From NCBI RefSeq assembly GCF_036321535.1, contig NC_087436.1:62746001-62810000 (forward strand): 64,000 bases of DNA, read 5' to 3'. The translations under genes and the position numbers were made by a program. Position 1 is the stretch's first letter. Each line of letters begins with the position of its first letter. The notes below the pieces were generated by a model. The model was not told where the DNA came from, did no database searches, and was given only the letters and a program-made list of their open reading frames with translations. Below are positions 26,082 through 38,619 of the stretch, one piece after another. This stretch comes from Camelus dromedarius. Its lineage: Eukaryota.

Positions 26082-28960
26082 GACATCTAACCCACCAGCT
26101 AAAACAATTAGAAAAAGAAGAGCAAAAAACCCCAAAAGGCAGCAGAAGGAAAGAAATTATAAAGATCAGGGAGGAAATAAATAAAATAGAGATTAAAAAA
26201 AAATAGAAAAAAATCAATCAAACCAAAAGCTGGTTTTTGAAAAAGTAAATAAAATCGACAACCTCTGGCCAAACTCACAAAGAAAAAATAAAAGAGAGAG
26301 CACAAATACGCAAAATAAGAAAGGAAAATGGAGAAATTACAACAAATAACATATAAATACAGAATATCATATGAGAATATTATGAAAGACTATATGGGAC
26401 CAAAATGGATAACCTAGAGGAAATGGACAAGTTTCTGAAAACATACAGTCCACCAAGACTGAACCAAGAAGAAACTGACCATTTGAACAAACCAATCACT
26501 AGATATGAAATCAAAACAGCAACAAAAAAAACCTCCCTACAAATAAAAGTCCTGGACCGGATGGCTTCACCGGGGAATTCTACCAAACATACAAAGAAGA
26601 ACTCATACCAGTCCTTCTCAAACTCTTCCAGAAGATTGAAAAGGAGGGAATACTCCCAAACTCATATTACGAAGCCACCATCACCCTGATACCAAAACCA
26701 GTCAAAGATACTACCTAAAAAGAGAATTATAGGCCAATGTCACTGATGAACATAGATGCCAAAATCCTCAGCAAAATATTAGCAAATAGAATCCAACATC
26801 ACATAAAAAAGATTATACATCATGATCAAGTGGGGTTCATCCCAGGGACACAAGGGTGGTTCAACATACACAAATCAATCAATGCAATACATCACATCAA
26901 CAATAGAAAAGACAAAAACCACATGATCATCTCAATAGATGCAGAAAAAGCATTTGATAAAATTCAACACCCATTTATGATAAAAACTCTCACCAAAGTG
27001 GGTATAGAGGGAACATATCTCGACTTCATACAAGCTATATATGACACACCTACAGCCAGCATAGCACTCAAGGGTCAAAAACTCAAAAGCTTCCCACTAA
27101 AATCTGGGACAAGACAAGGATGCCCACTATCACCACTCCTATTCAACATAGTCTTGGAAGTCCTAGCCACAGCAATCAGGCAAGAAAGAGAAATAAAAGG
27201 GATCCAAATTGGAAAAGAAGAGATAAAAGTGTCACTATATGCCAATGACAGTTACTATATATAGAAAACCCTAAAAGGTCCACAAGTCCACACAAAAACT
27301 GCTAGAGCTGATTGAAGAATTCAGCAAGGTAACAGGTTACAAGATTAACATTCAAAAATCAGTTGTATTTCTTTACACTAACCATGAATCAACAGAAAAC
27401 GAAAGTAAAGAAATAATCCCCTTTAAAATAGCACCCAAAGTATAAAATATCTAGGAATAAATCTAACCGAGGAGGTGAAACAATTATACACAGAAAACTA
27501 TAAGCCATTGATGAAGGAAATTAAAGAAGACTTCAAAAAATGGAAAGATATCCCATGCTCCTGGATTGGAAGAATCAATATTGTTAAAATGGTCACATTG
27601 CCCAAGGCAATCTACAGATTTAATGCAATCCCTATCAAATTACCCAGGACATATTTCACAGAACTAGAACAAATCATAATAAAATTTATATGGAACCACA
27701 AAAGACCTAGAATTGCCAAAGCATTACTAAAGAAAAAGAAAGAGGCTGGAGGAATAACTCTCCCAGACTTCAGACAATACTACAGAGCTACAGTCATCAA
27801 GACAGTATGGTATTGGTACAAAAACAGACATATAGACCAATGGAACAGAACAGAGAGCCCAGAAATGAACCCACAAACTTTTGGTCAACTAATCTTCAAC
27901 AAAGGAGACAAGAATAAACAATGGAGTAAAGACAGTCTCTTCAGCAAATGGTGTTGGGAAAACTGGACAGCAGCATGTAAATCAGTGAAGCTAGAACACT
28001 CCCTTATACCATATACAAAAATCAACTCAAAATGGATCAAAGACTTAAACATAAGACAAGATACAATAAACCTCCTAGAGGAAAACATAGGCAAAACATT
28101 ATCTGACATACATCTCAAAAATGTTCTCCTAGAACAGCCTACCCAAGCAATAGAAATAAAAGCAAGAATAAACAAATGGGACCTAATGAAACTTACAAGC
28201 TTCTGCACAGCAAAGGAAACCATAAGTAAAACAAAAAGCCAACCTACAGAATGGGAGAAAATTTTTGCAAATGAAACTGACAAAGGATTGATCTCCAGAA
28301 TATATAAGCAGCTCATACGACTTAATAAGAAACAACCAAACAACCCAATCCAAAAATGGGCAAAAGATCTAAACAAGCAATTCTCCAAGCAAGACATACA
28401 AATGATCAAAAGGCACATGAAAAAATGCTCAATATCACTAATTATCAGAGAAATGCAAATCAAAACTACAATGAGGTATCACCTCACACCAGTCAGAAAG
28501 GCCATCATTCAAAAATCCATAAATGACAAATGCTGGAGAGGCTGTGGAGAAAAGGGAACCCTCCTACACTGCTGGTGGGAATGCAGTTTGGTGCAGCCAC
28601 TATGGAAAACAGTATGGAGATTCCTCAAAAGACTAGGAATAGACTTACCATATGACCCAGGAATTCTGCTCCTGGGCATATATCCAGAAGGAACCCTACT
28701 TCAAGATGACACCTGCAATGTTCATAGCAGCACTATTTACAATAGCCAAGACATGGAAACAGCCTAAATGTTCAACAACAGATGGCTGGATAAAGAAGAT
28801 GTGTTATATTTATACTATGGAATACTATTCAGCCATAAAAACCAACAACATAACGCCATTTGCAGCAACATGAATGTTCCTGGAAAATGTCATTCTAAGT
28901 GAAGTAAGCCAGAAAGAGAAAGAAAAATACCATATGAGATCACTCATATGTGGAATCTCA
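26082..28960 (+). pseudogene. Disabled L1 ORF2p (reverse transcriptase and C-terminal Cys-rich domain; endonuclease domain absent)
   Basis: Split across ORFs 26405-26689, 26737-27264, 27475-28767 and 28652-28873. Stops at 26372 (TGA), 26716 (TAA) and 28871 (TGA). The catalytic YADD reads YAND at 27238-27249, followed by a frameshift. An 8-bp duplication gtccacaa lies at ~27278. The [18 protein letters not shown] motif is intact. Confidence 0.95.
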
Positions 28961-29278
28961 AAACAAACAAACAAACAAAGCATAAATACAAAACAGAAAC
29001 AGACTCATAGACATAGAATACAAACTTGTGGTTGCCAAGGGGGCAGGGGATGAGAAGGGATAGACTGGGATTTCAAAATGTAGAATAGATAAACAAGATT
29101 ATACTGTATAGCACAGGGAAATATATACAAGATGTTGTGGTAGCTCACAGCAAAGAAAAAATGTGACAATGAATATATGTATGTTCACGTATAACTGAAA
29201 AATTGTTCTCTACACTGGAATTTGACACAACATTGTAAAATGACTATTACTCAATAAAAAATGTTAAAAAAAAAAAAA
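26082..29278 (+). mobile_element. Young lineage-specific LINE-1, 5'-truncated (~3.2 kb), with 3'UTR, AATAAA and A13 tail
   Basis: Long ORF2 peptide matches ([68 protein letters not shown]); 3'UTR ends 'ctcaataaaaaatgtt' plus poly(A). Confidence 0.98.
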
Positions 29279-30144
29279 GAAATTAGTACTGTACTCTGGA
29301 AGCATCTGTAATGGGTAATGTGCTGAGATGTTTGTTAGGTGTACTGAATGTGACGGGTAAAAGTAACAAAAGGGATCCAAGAAGCTGTGTATAAGTAAAA
29401 GTTCTAACAAGTAACATTATGAGCTGCTTTTCATATTTTAACGCATTTTGTCCTCACACAAATCAATAAGGTAGGTTTTCCTTATCTGCTTTTATAACAT
29501 GAAAGGATTATGTTAAAATTCAGTTGAATTACTTTCTTAAATTCACATAGCTGAGAAGCATTGCACACTTCTAAAACTACTCTGTACTGAAATATGTCAG
29601 ACTGAGGCTTATATTAAAATATTGAACATTTGGGTGGAGTATCTATTAATGGAATATAACTAAGAAAATATATTAAATTTTTGGAAACACATTTATTGAT
29701 TTAAAGAAAAAAATAGATGTAAGTGGAAATTATATGTTGCTGTGACTTTTGACTTACTGTGTAAAATTATGATCATTCTTACATATGCAGTTTATTTCAA
29801 TGAATGCATAGCTTTCAAACATTCATTATTATCCCATTATGTGTAATGAAATGGGCTTGGCAAACTGTAAATTATTATGTTTTCCAATATTAGGTATTTA
29901 CTTATTCAAGAGGAGTTAAGTTCCTTTACTTAGAAATTAGAGAGTAATTCATTTGCATAGAAAATTAGAAATAGATGTATAAGGTTAGATTTACTTTAGA
30001 TAATAATAGTTGAATAAAATATTTGTCATAGTAAGCCAGTATATTCCACCAAAATGGGAAATAATATGGATATTTTAGTGGCATTTATTTCATTAGAAGA
30101 ATATTACATATATGCTGTATATATAAGATAGATATGTAATTTTT

Positions 30145-30740
30145 ATTAATCTATTTATTTACATACCATATAATTCATTCATTTAAAGTTTACAGTTGAG
30201 TAGATTTTAATATATTCACATAGTCATTTATGCTGCACAACAATATAATTTCAGGATATTTTCAACATCCCTAAAACAAAGTGCATGCTCATTAGCAGCC
30301 CCTTCCTATCTGCCTCTCCTTCAGGCTTAGCCTACAATTAATCTACTTTCTGTTCCTATAAAATGCCTCAAATCTATATTATAGCTAAATAATGATCATA
30401 TATTTAAAATATCTATTTAATAAAATTAAATACTTTAAAAATAATAATTATGCAATTATTTTCTGATTAGCTTCTTTAATTTAGTATCGTGTTTTCAAGG
30501 TTTATCCATGTTGCAGCAGGCACCAGTACTTCATACCTTTCTATTGCTAAATAGTATGAGTAATACCCATGGTTTGGATAGATCACAGTTTGTTTCTCCA
30601 TTATGAGCTGATGGACATTTTGGCTGTTTCCAGCTTTTGGCTATTATGAATATTGTGGTGCTATGAACACTTGTGTGCGAGTTTTTGGCATATAGTTTCA
30701 ATTTCTTTGTTTATACATGTAAGGATGGCATTGCTGCACT
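30145..30740 (-). mobile_element. L1MB-type 3' end
   Basis: 'tacataccatataattcattcatttaaag', 'aatctactttctgt', 'ttttcaaggtttatccatgttgcagc', 'tgatggacattttggctgtttccagcttttggctattatgaata'. Confidence 0.85.
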
Positions 30741-32289
30741 ATATTGTAACTCAACGTTACAATCATAATGGTGCTAATTGTATATTCAAATACTTTAAAA
30801 TATCTATCATCAATATCAAAAGGAGTTGGCATATGGCAAGTCACAACTGAAGCCGAAAGCATCCTCCACATCATCATGTCTAAATCTCTGGTAGGTTGGG
30901 TACGAAGTATTCTATCATCTGATGTAGTTTCCCTATGTTTCAGAGACTTAAGGGAAACAGCCTATGAATACCCTAAACCAGTAATATTCATTATCTAAAA
31001 TTATAGCTCCAAGAAACTCAAAAGAGTACGTGAATGACAGAGCAAGTCAGTAGCACCACTGAGAAGAGGTGATGGACTAAGTCTCCTGCCTCCCAATGTA
31101 GAATCCCACATACTAATTAGATAGAAAACATTCCCTGAAGGAAACGCACAGTGAGTTCTCTGCTGTTACACCTCCCTCATTAAAACACTGTTTTATTTAT
31201 TTATTTTTTTTAAGTGAAAAAGCCAGTTGCCTTTAGGAAAGACTGCCTTTCTGAATTTCAAAATATCCTTTCCTGTACTTTTTACTATCTGACATAATAT
31301 GCTGAGAATAAAAATACATGAACCTCACTTCCTCATTCATTAGTGCATAGCAATACTGAAGTAAAAGTAATTACACAACTCCTAGCAGGTTCTGGGTAAG
31401 ATATTTAACCAAATTTTCTCACCATTAGAAAATCATGAATTGTTATGAGATGCTTTCATTATTCTGATGTTTTATCTTTTAACCTCTGATCCTAGACCCT
31501 TGAATTGTGAGTCATAAAGCAACATTTTCAAATGTAAGAGAAACAACTGCACATAAAAATAAAGGTTATTTAACTATAATGTAGTAAAAGTTGGGGTTAT
31601 GTGTGTATCAACAAATCTGTTATACTGAAAGATCATGTGCTGGGTGACATAGCATGACTCCTAAAATATATTCCTGTATCACTAGCAATTGCAACTGTAG
31701 CAGCCTTATTCTAATCAAGAGACAGAAATCACCCAGGAGATAAAAATGGTAAAAGTTTAAAATAAGAATTAACTATAATAAAAGAACCATTGTAAGATAT
31801 AAGGAAACTCTACACAGTACACTTAAGACTAAGGGAGAGTACCCAAGGAAGGTTAAGCTTAGGGGCTCTGACTTTGCTGAAGAAGATGTGATACATTTGG
31901 AGCCAAGAAGAAGTAAATATAAATTGATGACTGACACAGTAACTATGCCAATAAATAAATAGCAAATGACAAGATGATCAACCCATAACAGGATAGTAAA
32001 ATCTTTTAAATAGGTTAATGACAATCATTGTGTCTATGTAGCCCTCTCTCATATAATATGCAAATCGCTTAATACATTACTCAAAGTTTTTCATATTCTA
32101 AATTATTTTCTACCATAGCCCAGTCATTTTCCACAATACTAAATGTTATATGGGTAATTAAATAATGAATAATGAATGACTAATAATGATAAAGGAAATT
32201 AAATTCAGATAAGATATTAACAGATATATACACATAAGGACTCAGATGTAGGACATTGACTTGATTCAGGTTATCTGAGCTAAAAGTAT

Positions 32290-32530
32290 GTATTCGTTAA
32301 GAGGCTCTGGTATAACACTTTCTAAGTGAAATTTCTATATTTCCACTAATAGCTTTGTGGTTCAGGCGAGTTAACTAAGTTCTCTATTCCTTAGTTTATT
32401 AACTTAAAACTGGGGAGAGAAATAATATCAACCTTACAGGGTGGGATGGAACCAATTTAACCAATAGCTATAGATATACAGAACAAAGCCAGAAAAATAA
32501 GAAATACTCAACAAACATGTCTATGATCAC
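32290..32530 (+). mobile_element. MIR SINE
   Basis: 'gttaagaggctctgg...ccactaatagctttgtg..caggcgagttaactaagttctct...aataatatcaaccttacagg'. Confidence 0.65.
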
Positions 32531-32971
32531 AAGTATCAGTACTGTAGACTGATCAGGGGGATCTTTATGAACTTAGAGTGTGGTGAGGAAAAGACTGAGT
32601 AGAATAGTCTTGATACAACAAGCAATAAGTGATCTTCAATTTTTTCTTAATATCAGATATTAAAATATAACTGTCCTGAGAAGATAAAGTATTTTAACTA
32701 ATAATGTGGAATCATACCCTTTTTCTCTAGATGACACCGAGGAGAAAGTAAATGCTATAGAGAGAATCACAAGTGGGGAGCTGATCCTGAGAACAAGAGG
32801 ACATAGTAAGCAGTAGTCCCAGAACCCTTGACGTACGGTGGGCCCTTGCAGCATACATTTATCAAAATCAGATGATGCTTTAACAGACAATTTAGTTACT
32901 AAGTTAAACAAAAGACACAGAGACAGAGCACCCAAAAGCAAATTCAAATAATATTCAATATAATAATACAT

Positions 32972-33310
32972 GCCACAATGAGATATCACTTCCCATCTAT
33001 AAGGATGGTTCTTTAAAACAAAACAAAATAAAATAAAATAATTGTTGGCAAGAATGTGGAGAAACTAGAACCCACGTGAATTGCTGATAGGAGTGTAAAA
33101 TGGTATAACTGCTATTGAAAACAGTCTGCTGTTTCCTTAAAAAATTTAAACATAGAATCATCATAAGATCCAGCAATTCCACTTGCTGGTATATACTCAA
33201 GAAGAATTCGAAAGTAGGAGCTCGAGAAGTAAGTGTACGCCAACAGTCACAGTAGCATTGTTTACAAAGCCAAAAGGTACACAGAAGATGAATGGATAAA
33301 CAAAGCATAG
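32972..33310 (+). mobile_element. Old L1 ORF2 C-terminal fragment
   Basis: 'ccacaatgagatatcacttc...tgttggcaagaatgtggagaaactagaaccc...gatccagcaattccactt...gatgaatggataaacaaa'. Confidence 0.85.
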
Positions 33311-34103
33311 TGTCTTTGTTCTAATTCAATTGATCTACAATTTACTTTGATCCCGCCTTTGTCATTGCTGTCTGTTGCAAAAGGAATAGGTTCTAAGCCA
33401 AATGTAAACGTTTGACATCTATATTAGGAATAAGAAACAATCCATGAAACACAGAAAGAGAAAAGAGGAAAATAAAAGGCATTAGTGACATCTTAATATT
33501 TCCACCTGCAAAATTTTCCAAGAATACATAAGGAACAAGATTGTGAACAATCAAAATAGCTGTGTATTTGTCTTTTAAATGAACAGGGTTTATTAGAATT
33601 CCATTGTTTCTCATCACAGCTAATATTGTATACCTGAGCTGGAATATTCCCAAAGGGTTTGGAATTTACTAAAAAGCAGTCATGAGAAAATTGTCAGAAG
33701 ATCCATATGGAAATATAAAGCACTCTTCTGGGTGAGCACACTTTCTCTTCTTAAAGAGTCTGGGCCCTCATGGTATTAAGTTGTTCAGAGGAAAAATGAA
33801 AATGTTAGTCTGTACAGTTTGATATTATGCATAAAAGAAAAGGAATTGCTAAACAGTTCATAAGTATTAAACATATCAAATGGACTAACTTGTCTGAAAA
33901 ATAAAATAACCCTTTGTGGACAGAAATGGACAGAAAAGAGAGAAGTGGGGAAGCCTGCAGAGGCAGACACATTAGACACCAAAACCTCATACACAGGGTG
34001 GTAATGAAGAAAAGGGCAAGTCATTCTCTTCTTAATGGAGAAATCAAATCAGAAAATTATCATGAAACCTAGCACTAACTTTTCATGCCCCCACACCCAT
34101 TGC

Positions 34104-34560
34104 TTTTTTAAAATTGAAGTATAATTACTTACAATTTATATTCATTTCAGGTGGACGACATAGTGATTTTATATTCTTATAGATTATACTCCATATAAAG
34201 TTATTATAAAATATTGGCTATATTTTCTGTGCTGTACATTATATTTTGTAACTTATTTACTTTACACCTAGCAGCTTGTACCTCTTAATCTTCTTCACCT
34301 ATCTTGCCCCACTCCAACTTCTCTCCCCTCAGGTAACCACTGGTTTGTTCTCTGTATCTGTGAGTCTGTGTTTATATTTGTTTGTCTGTTTTATTTTTCA
34401 GAATCCACATATAAGTGAGAACATACAGTATTTGTCTTTCTTTGTCTGACTTATTTCACTTAGCATAATACCCTCTAGGTCTATACATGTTGTTGCAAAT
34501 GGCAAAATTTCATTCTTTTTTATGGTTGAGTAATATTCAATTGCATATATATTCACCATC
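34104..34560 (-). mobile_element. L1 3' end, related to the 25179-25858 copy
   Basis: 'aaaattgaagtataatt...ggtaaccactggtttgttctctgtatctgtgagtctg...ccacatataagtgaga...gcaaatggcaaaatttcattcttttttatgg'. Confidence 0.9.
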
Positions 34561-34825
34561 TATGAAGACAATTTTAAAAAAAGACAGAAAAGAAAAGGCT
34601 GAAAATATTATCTGAGGCAGTAGTGCAGCACTTACCTGGTACTTGAAGTGGCAATAGAGAGGGAGCCAGTCATTCTGTAAAATTCAGGCTAAACTGTCCC
34701 CAGAAATAAGAAATATAGATTTTTGGAATAAGACCTCCAGCAAAAACTTTAACACCTTCACTGGAGGCTCACATAAGACTAATGAAAGTAAATTCACAGA
34801 ATGGATAACATTAGTAAAGGAACAT

Positions 34826-34878
34826 CACACACATACACACACAAACCACCACCACCACCATCACCACCACCAACACCA
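34826..34878. repeat. (CA)n followed by (CAC)n microsatellite
   Basis: Read directly. Confidence 0.85.
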
Positions 34879-35193
34879 TTTACAAAGTAAACTAATATTT
34901 TAAAAGTTAGTTAACAAAGATAGCATATACTGAATCATATTTAAATCATTATCATTTCCCACTGCATAATACTGACTCTTGCAAATGCTCTAGCCAAGCC
35001 AAACCAATCTGAAAATGGCCACTGCCTCCTAGCCTTAGAGAATGGCAGAGGGAATACATCTGACACATTATAAGGGATCAGAAGTGTGACAGTATGTGTG
35101 CTCTTTTAAGCAATGGGGAGCCCAATTTGCCAACCTTTTAACTACTCGAATCTACTGCCCCTCTTATGGTCAATAGTTATAACTCTTTTAGAT

Positions 35194-35485
35194 CAGTGCT
35201 GTCTAACAGAAATACAATGCACACCTCAAATACGGGCCACATATGTAAGTTTCAGTTTTCCAGCAACATTTAAAAAATTTAAATTGATTACATATTGTTT
35301 TAAATCTATCTGGAATGTTTTCACTTCAATCTGTGATCAATATGAAATTTACTAATGAAATATTACATAGTCTTTTTTAATAGTACTAAGTCTTTGAAAT
35401 TGAATGTGTATTGTATGCTTATAGTAAATCTCACATTGGACTAGCCACCTATCCAGTGCTCAGAAGCCACAGGTGGTTAGTGGCC
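35194..35485. mobile_element. MER33 (hAT-Charlie) DNA transposon fossil
   Basis: 'cagtgctgtctaacagaaatacaatgc...gccacatatgtaa...tactaagtctttgaaat...ggactagccac...gtgctc..agccacaggtggttagtggc' follows the MER33 consensus; right terminal repeat lost. Confidence 0.85.
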
Positions 35486-35639
35486 TGAAAAGTGGTAATT
35501 TTGAATTTTTTTAGAACTGATGTTTGTGCCATTGTTCAGGCATGTGGAAAAAACAGGAGACCTTTATGAAAAATAGTTTTTCACCACTCTTGAGATAAGT
35601 CCTGCATTATTAATATGCTCGACCAGACAGTGATGATCT

Positions 35640-36860
35640 AGCTCCCTTACCTCTTCCTTGTTACTCTGTCTTTTTCCTTATCTTTCAGCCACACTGATTT
35701 TACAGGTTTTGGAATACACTGTGTTTCTCCCACCTCAAGGTAAGTCATGGCACCTGTTGCTTAATTTCCCTGAAATACTCTTTTCTCATCTTCTTTTTTC
35801 TGCTTCCTACTCATCTCTACATTTCCAATTTAACATACACATCCTCAGGAAAGCTCTCTGAACCCATGATAACACAAAGCCTCTCATTTGATTTTTAAAA
35901 CAACTTACACACTTTCTTTATGATATCCAGAAGCACTAGTGATATTTTTAAAAATTTAAAAAAGATTATGCCACTCCCCTTCTTAAAAGCCTATGGTGAC
36001 TTCCCATCATTTTTAGAATAAAACCCAAAAGCCTTGCCTTGCCTCCAAGATTTTATAATCTCTTATCTGTCTAGCTTTTAAGCCCCAGTCTCTTTGCCTC
36101 TGACTCCTCCATGTCAGCCACCTTGATGTCCTTTTCTGTTGTAGAAGTTTGGGGGTCTGTCCCAGTAGTGTTGTGTTGCCATTTTCTATGCCCCAGATAC
36201 TCTTGCTCTAGACCTGGCTACACTGGTCACTTTTCAAATGTTCAGTTGCCACACATGGCTGCAAATAACAAAGTAGTATGAAAAGCATTTCTCTCATGTT
36301 TGGTTCAGTTGGGCAGCACTATTCTAGATCAGGAGGGTCAAACTTACGCCTTAAGGGCAGATGGTAATACTTTGCAGTCGGTGAGCCATATGGTCTCTGT
36401 CACGATTCCCAGCTCTTCAGTTGTAGCATTAGAGCAGCTGCAGACAATGTAAACAAGCAGGCAAAGCTGTGTTTCAGCAAAACTTTGTTTGTGGAAAAAG
36501 GAGACAAGTTGGATCTTGCTCTTCTCTGTTCTGCATATTTCTGTGGCTAGCTCCTTAATGTTACACTCTTTTCAGTCAAACTTTACCTCACTATTGAAGC
36601 CTTTTCAGAGCATACAATCAAAATTATCCTTCCAACTTTTGACTGCCTCCCAGTTACTCTTTCCTGTCTCATTCTATTTGTTGTTCCTCATAACATCTGT
36701 CATTACCTTGATTTATTTTAATTATTTAAAAAATTACATTATTTGTCCCCTTTGCTAGGTAATAGCTCCATCAGAGGAGAGTATAATCTGTCTTTTTCAC
36801 TATTTTGTCCCTGGGACTTAGAATACAATTTGGCATATTGCAGTAAATACATTTTTAAAA
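35640..36860 (+). mobile_element. L2 fragments interrupted by MER58A
   Basis: 'cagccacactg', 'cttcccatcatttttagaataaaacccaaa', 'tagctccatcagagga...gacttagaatacaatttggcata...taaatacattt'. Confidence 0.65.
36330..36520. mobile_element. MER58A (hAT-Charlie)
   Basis: 'caggagggtcaaactt...aagggcagatggtaata...gccatatggtctctgtcac...gcagctgcagacaatgtaaac...ctgtgtttcagcaaaactttgttt'; left flank ttctagat. Confidence 0.8.
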
Positions 36861-38049
36861 AATGGATACTTAATACAATTGTATTTAATTTTTATATTGT
36901 TGTATTTAGATTGTTGCTTAATGGCTTTTTCCTCCGTAAGACTGTAAGTATAACAAAGAAGAGATTAAAATTTTGTACTTATCACTGAGGCCCAGATTTT
37001 AACAAAGGGCTTGGTACAAATACCATATTTCCTCAATTATGAAATAATGAAATCTGAGTTATCATCAGTTAATTATAGGGAATAAAACTAGAACACTAAT
37101 ATGTGAAATGCATACATAATTATAAGATGCATTATTTTTCAGAAATATGCAATATGAAAAACGTGATGAAAGGCAAAGCATGGATCTGCTATGTATGTAT
37201 TAGGTGAAGTTATTCAAAATTTTTGACCATTTTCTGTCTTCAAGCATCCTTAATGGAGCCTGTGGTTTTGTCTCTTCAATAACATTACATGGCACAGGTA
37301 AATTGTGTTAAATTTCAAATAGCTGACCTGAATGAATATGCAAGGAAACTCCAGTTTCATTTAATATTCCCTGCTGTTTGCATCCATAAGTATTATAGAA
37401 AGCACAAAGGGAGATTGTCCCAGTCTTTGCAGAAACTACATAATCTTTTGTCTATTCTTCTTCCTAGTTTTTAATGGCAATTACAATGGCTTTTATGAAG
37501 CATTTTCCTTTTATTTAGAATATCAGAGAGCATGTGAAATACTTAGAGGGAAAAAGAGACACCAGTCTCTGATTAAAATGTCAAGAAAATATCCTGCCAT
37601 CAGTTTGACAGATTAGATCTCAGGTTATTCCCATGTTTCCAAGCAGATATTGGGGATCCCCTGTCTAATATAATACAGAGAAGATACTGCTTTTGAGTGA
37701 AATAGAACTTGAGGGATATATCAGTTTTTAACGTGCTATTTCTCCACTCTTTTAAGCTTATGCCAGTTAATCTTTCCTGCTCTGGCAATTAATTATGTTT
37801 TGTGGGTTTTCTCCTTCTGCCCTGTAAATAGAAGAGAATCCTGAGTGACACCCTGTCTTCCAGTCTGGCCACACTGTATTTCTTTAAATTCCATGGAAAC
37901 ATTTGTAATACTTTTCTCTGTTCTTGACTCCTGGCTTATTTCAATTTAGTGTTTGGGCTCAATTTGATTATCGCATTCTTCAGAAACCTTCGCTGTCCTT
38001 CCTCTGTTTACTCTCTCCTTTCACTGTTGTCTTTATGATGACTAACATA

Positions 38050-38521
38050 TGTTGGAAAGAATTTCCCTTTCCTTCTAGGTTCTTCTGGCTGGTCTAAGAG
38101 TTAAGTCAACATGAGACAGATTAATAGGAGAAAATCAAATTTAATTTCATATGTAAAAGAACCCCACATACAGGAGAGGTTCAAAGACAGAAAGTAGAAT
38201 GAGGTCAACATGGCATCCTGAGCTAGAGTGAGACAGAGGCCTGGGACTTCCAAGGACAGGAGAGTCACTCACAGGACTATGAGAAGAGCAGATGTTTGGT
38301 AATTAAGTGTTTGCCCTGCCACACAGATGGCACAGCTTAGATAACATTTATCTCTGGTAATATCTCTTTTTCTCCGGGAAATATCTCCAATTTAAATTAT
38401 TCTAGGTAGTTAAGGGAGGGGCAGTCATGTCTCTTAAACCCACAGGGTCTCCATTGCCTTTAGCTCAAACTAATCCACAGGCCAAGATGGCCCATCTTGG
38501 GGTCTGTTCCTAACCCCTACA
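38050..38521 (-). mobile_element. ERV1-class solo LTR, MER34-like
   Basis: TG...CA ends; reverse strand starts TGTAGGGGTTAGGAACAGACCCCAAGATGGGCCATCTTGGCCTGTGGATTAGTTTGAGCTAAAGGCAAT, like the MER34 5' end; 4-bp TSD cata / ctta. Confidence 0.8.
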
Positions 38522-38619
38522 CTTACTGTCAGGCTTTTATAGGGAGAAAAGTAAATACAAATCTTATCTTTTGGTTAAAACCAATATGACACAGTAGTTA
38601 AGAGCTCAAGTTTTTTTAA

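Noticed and set aside
27885..28463. 192-aa minus-strand ORF
   Set aside because: It is the antisense shadow of L1 ORF2, a common artefact rather than an independent gene
25179..29278. Twin-priming 5' inversion linking the two adjacent L1s
   Set aside because: The minus-strand copy has its own TSD and a different 3'UTR, covers the same L1 region as the + copy's end, and is separated from it by ~215 bp of non-L1 sequence
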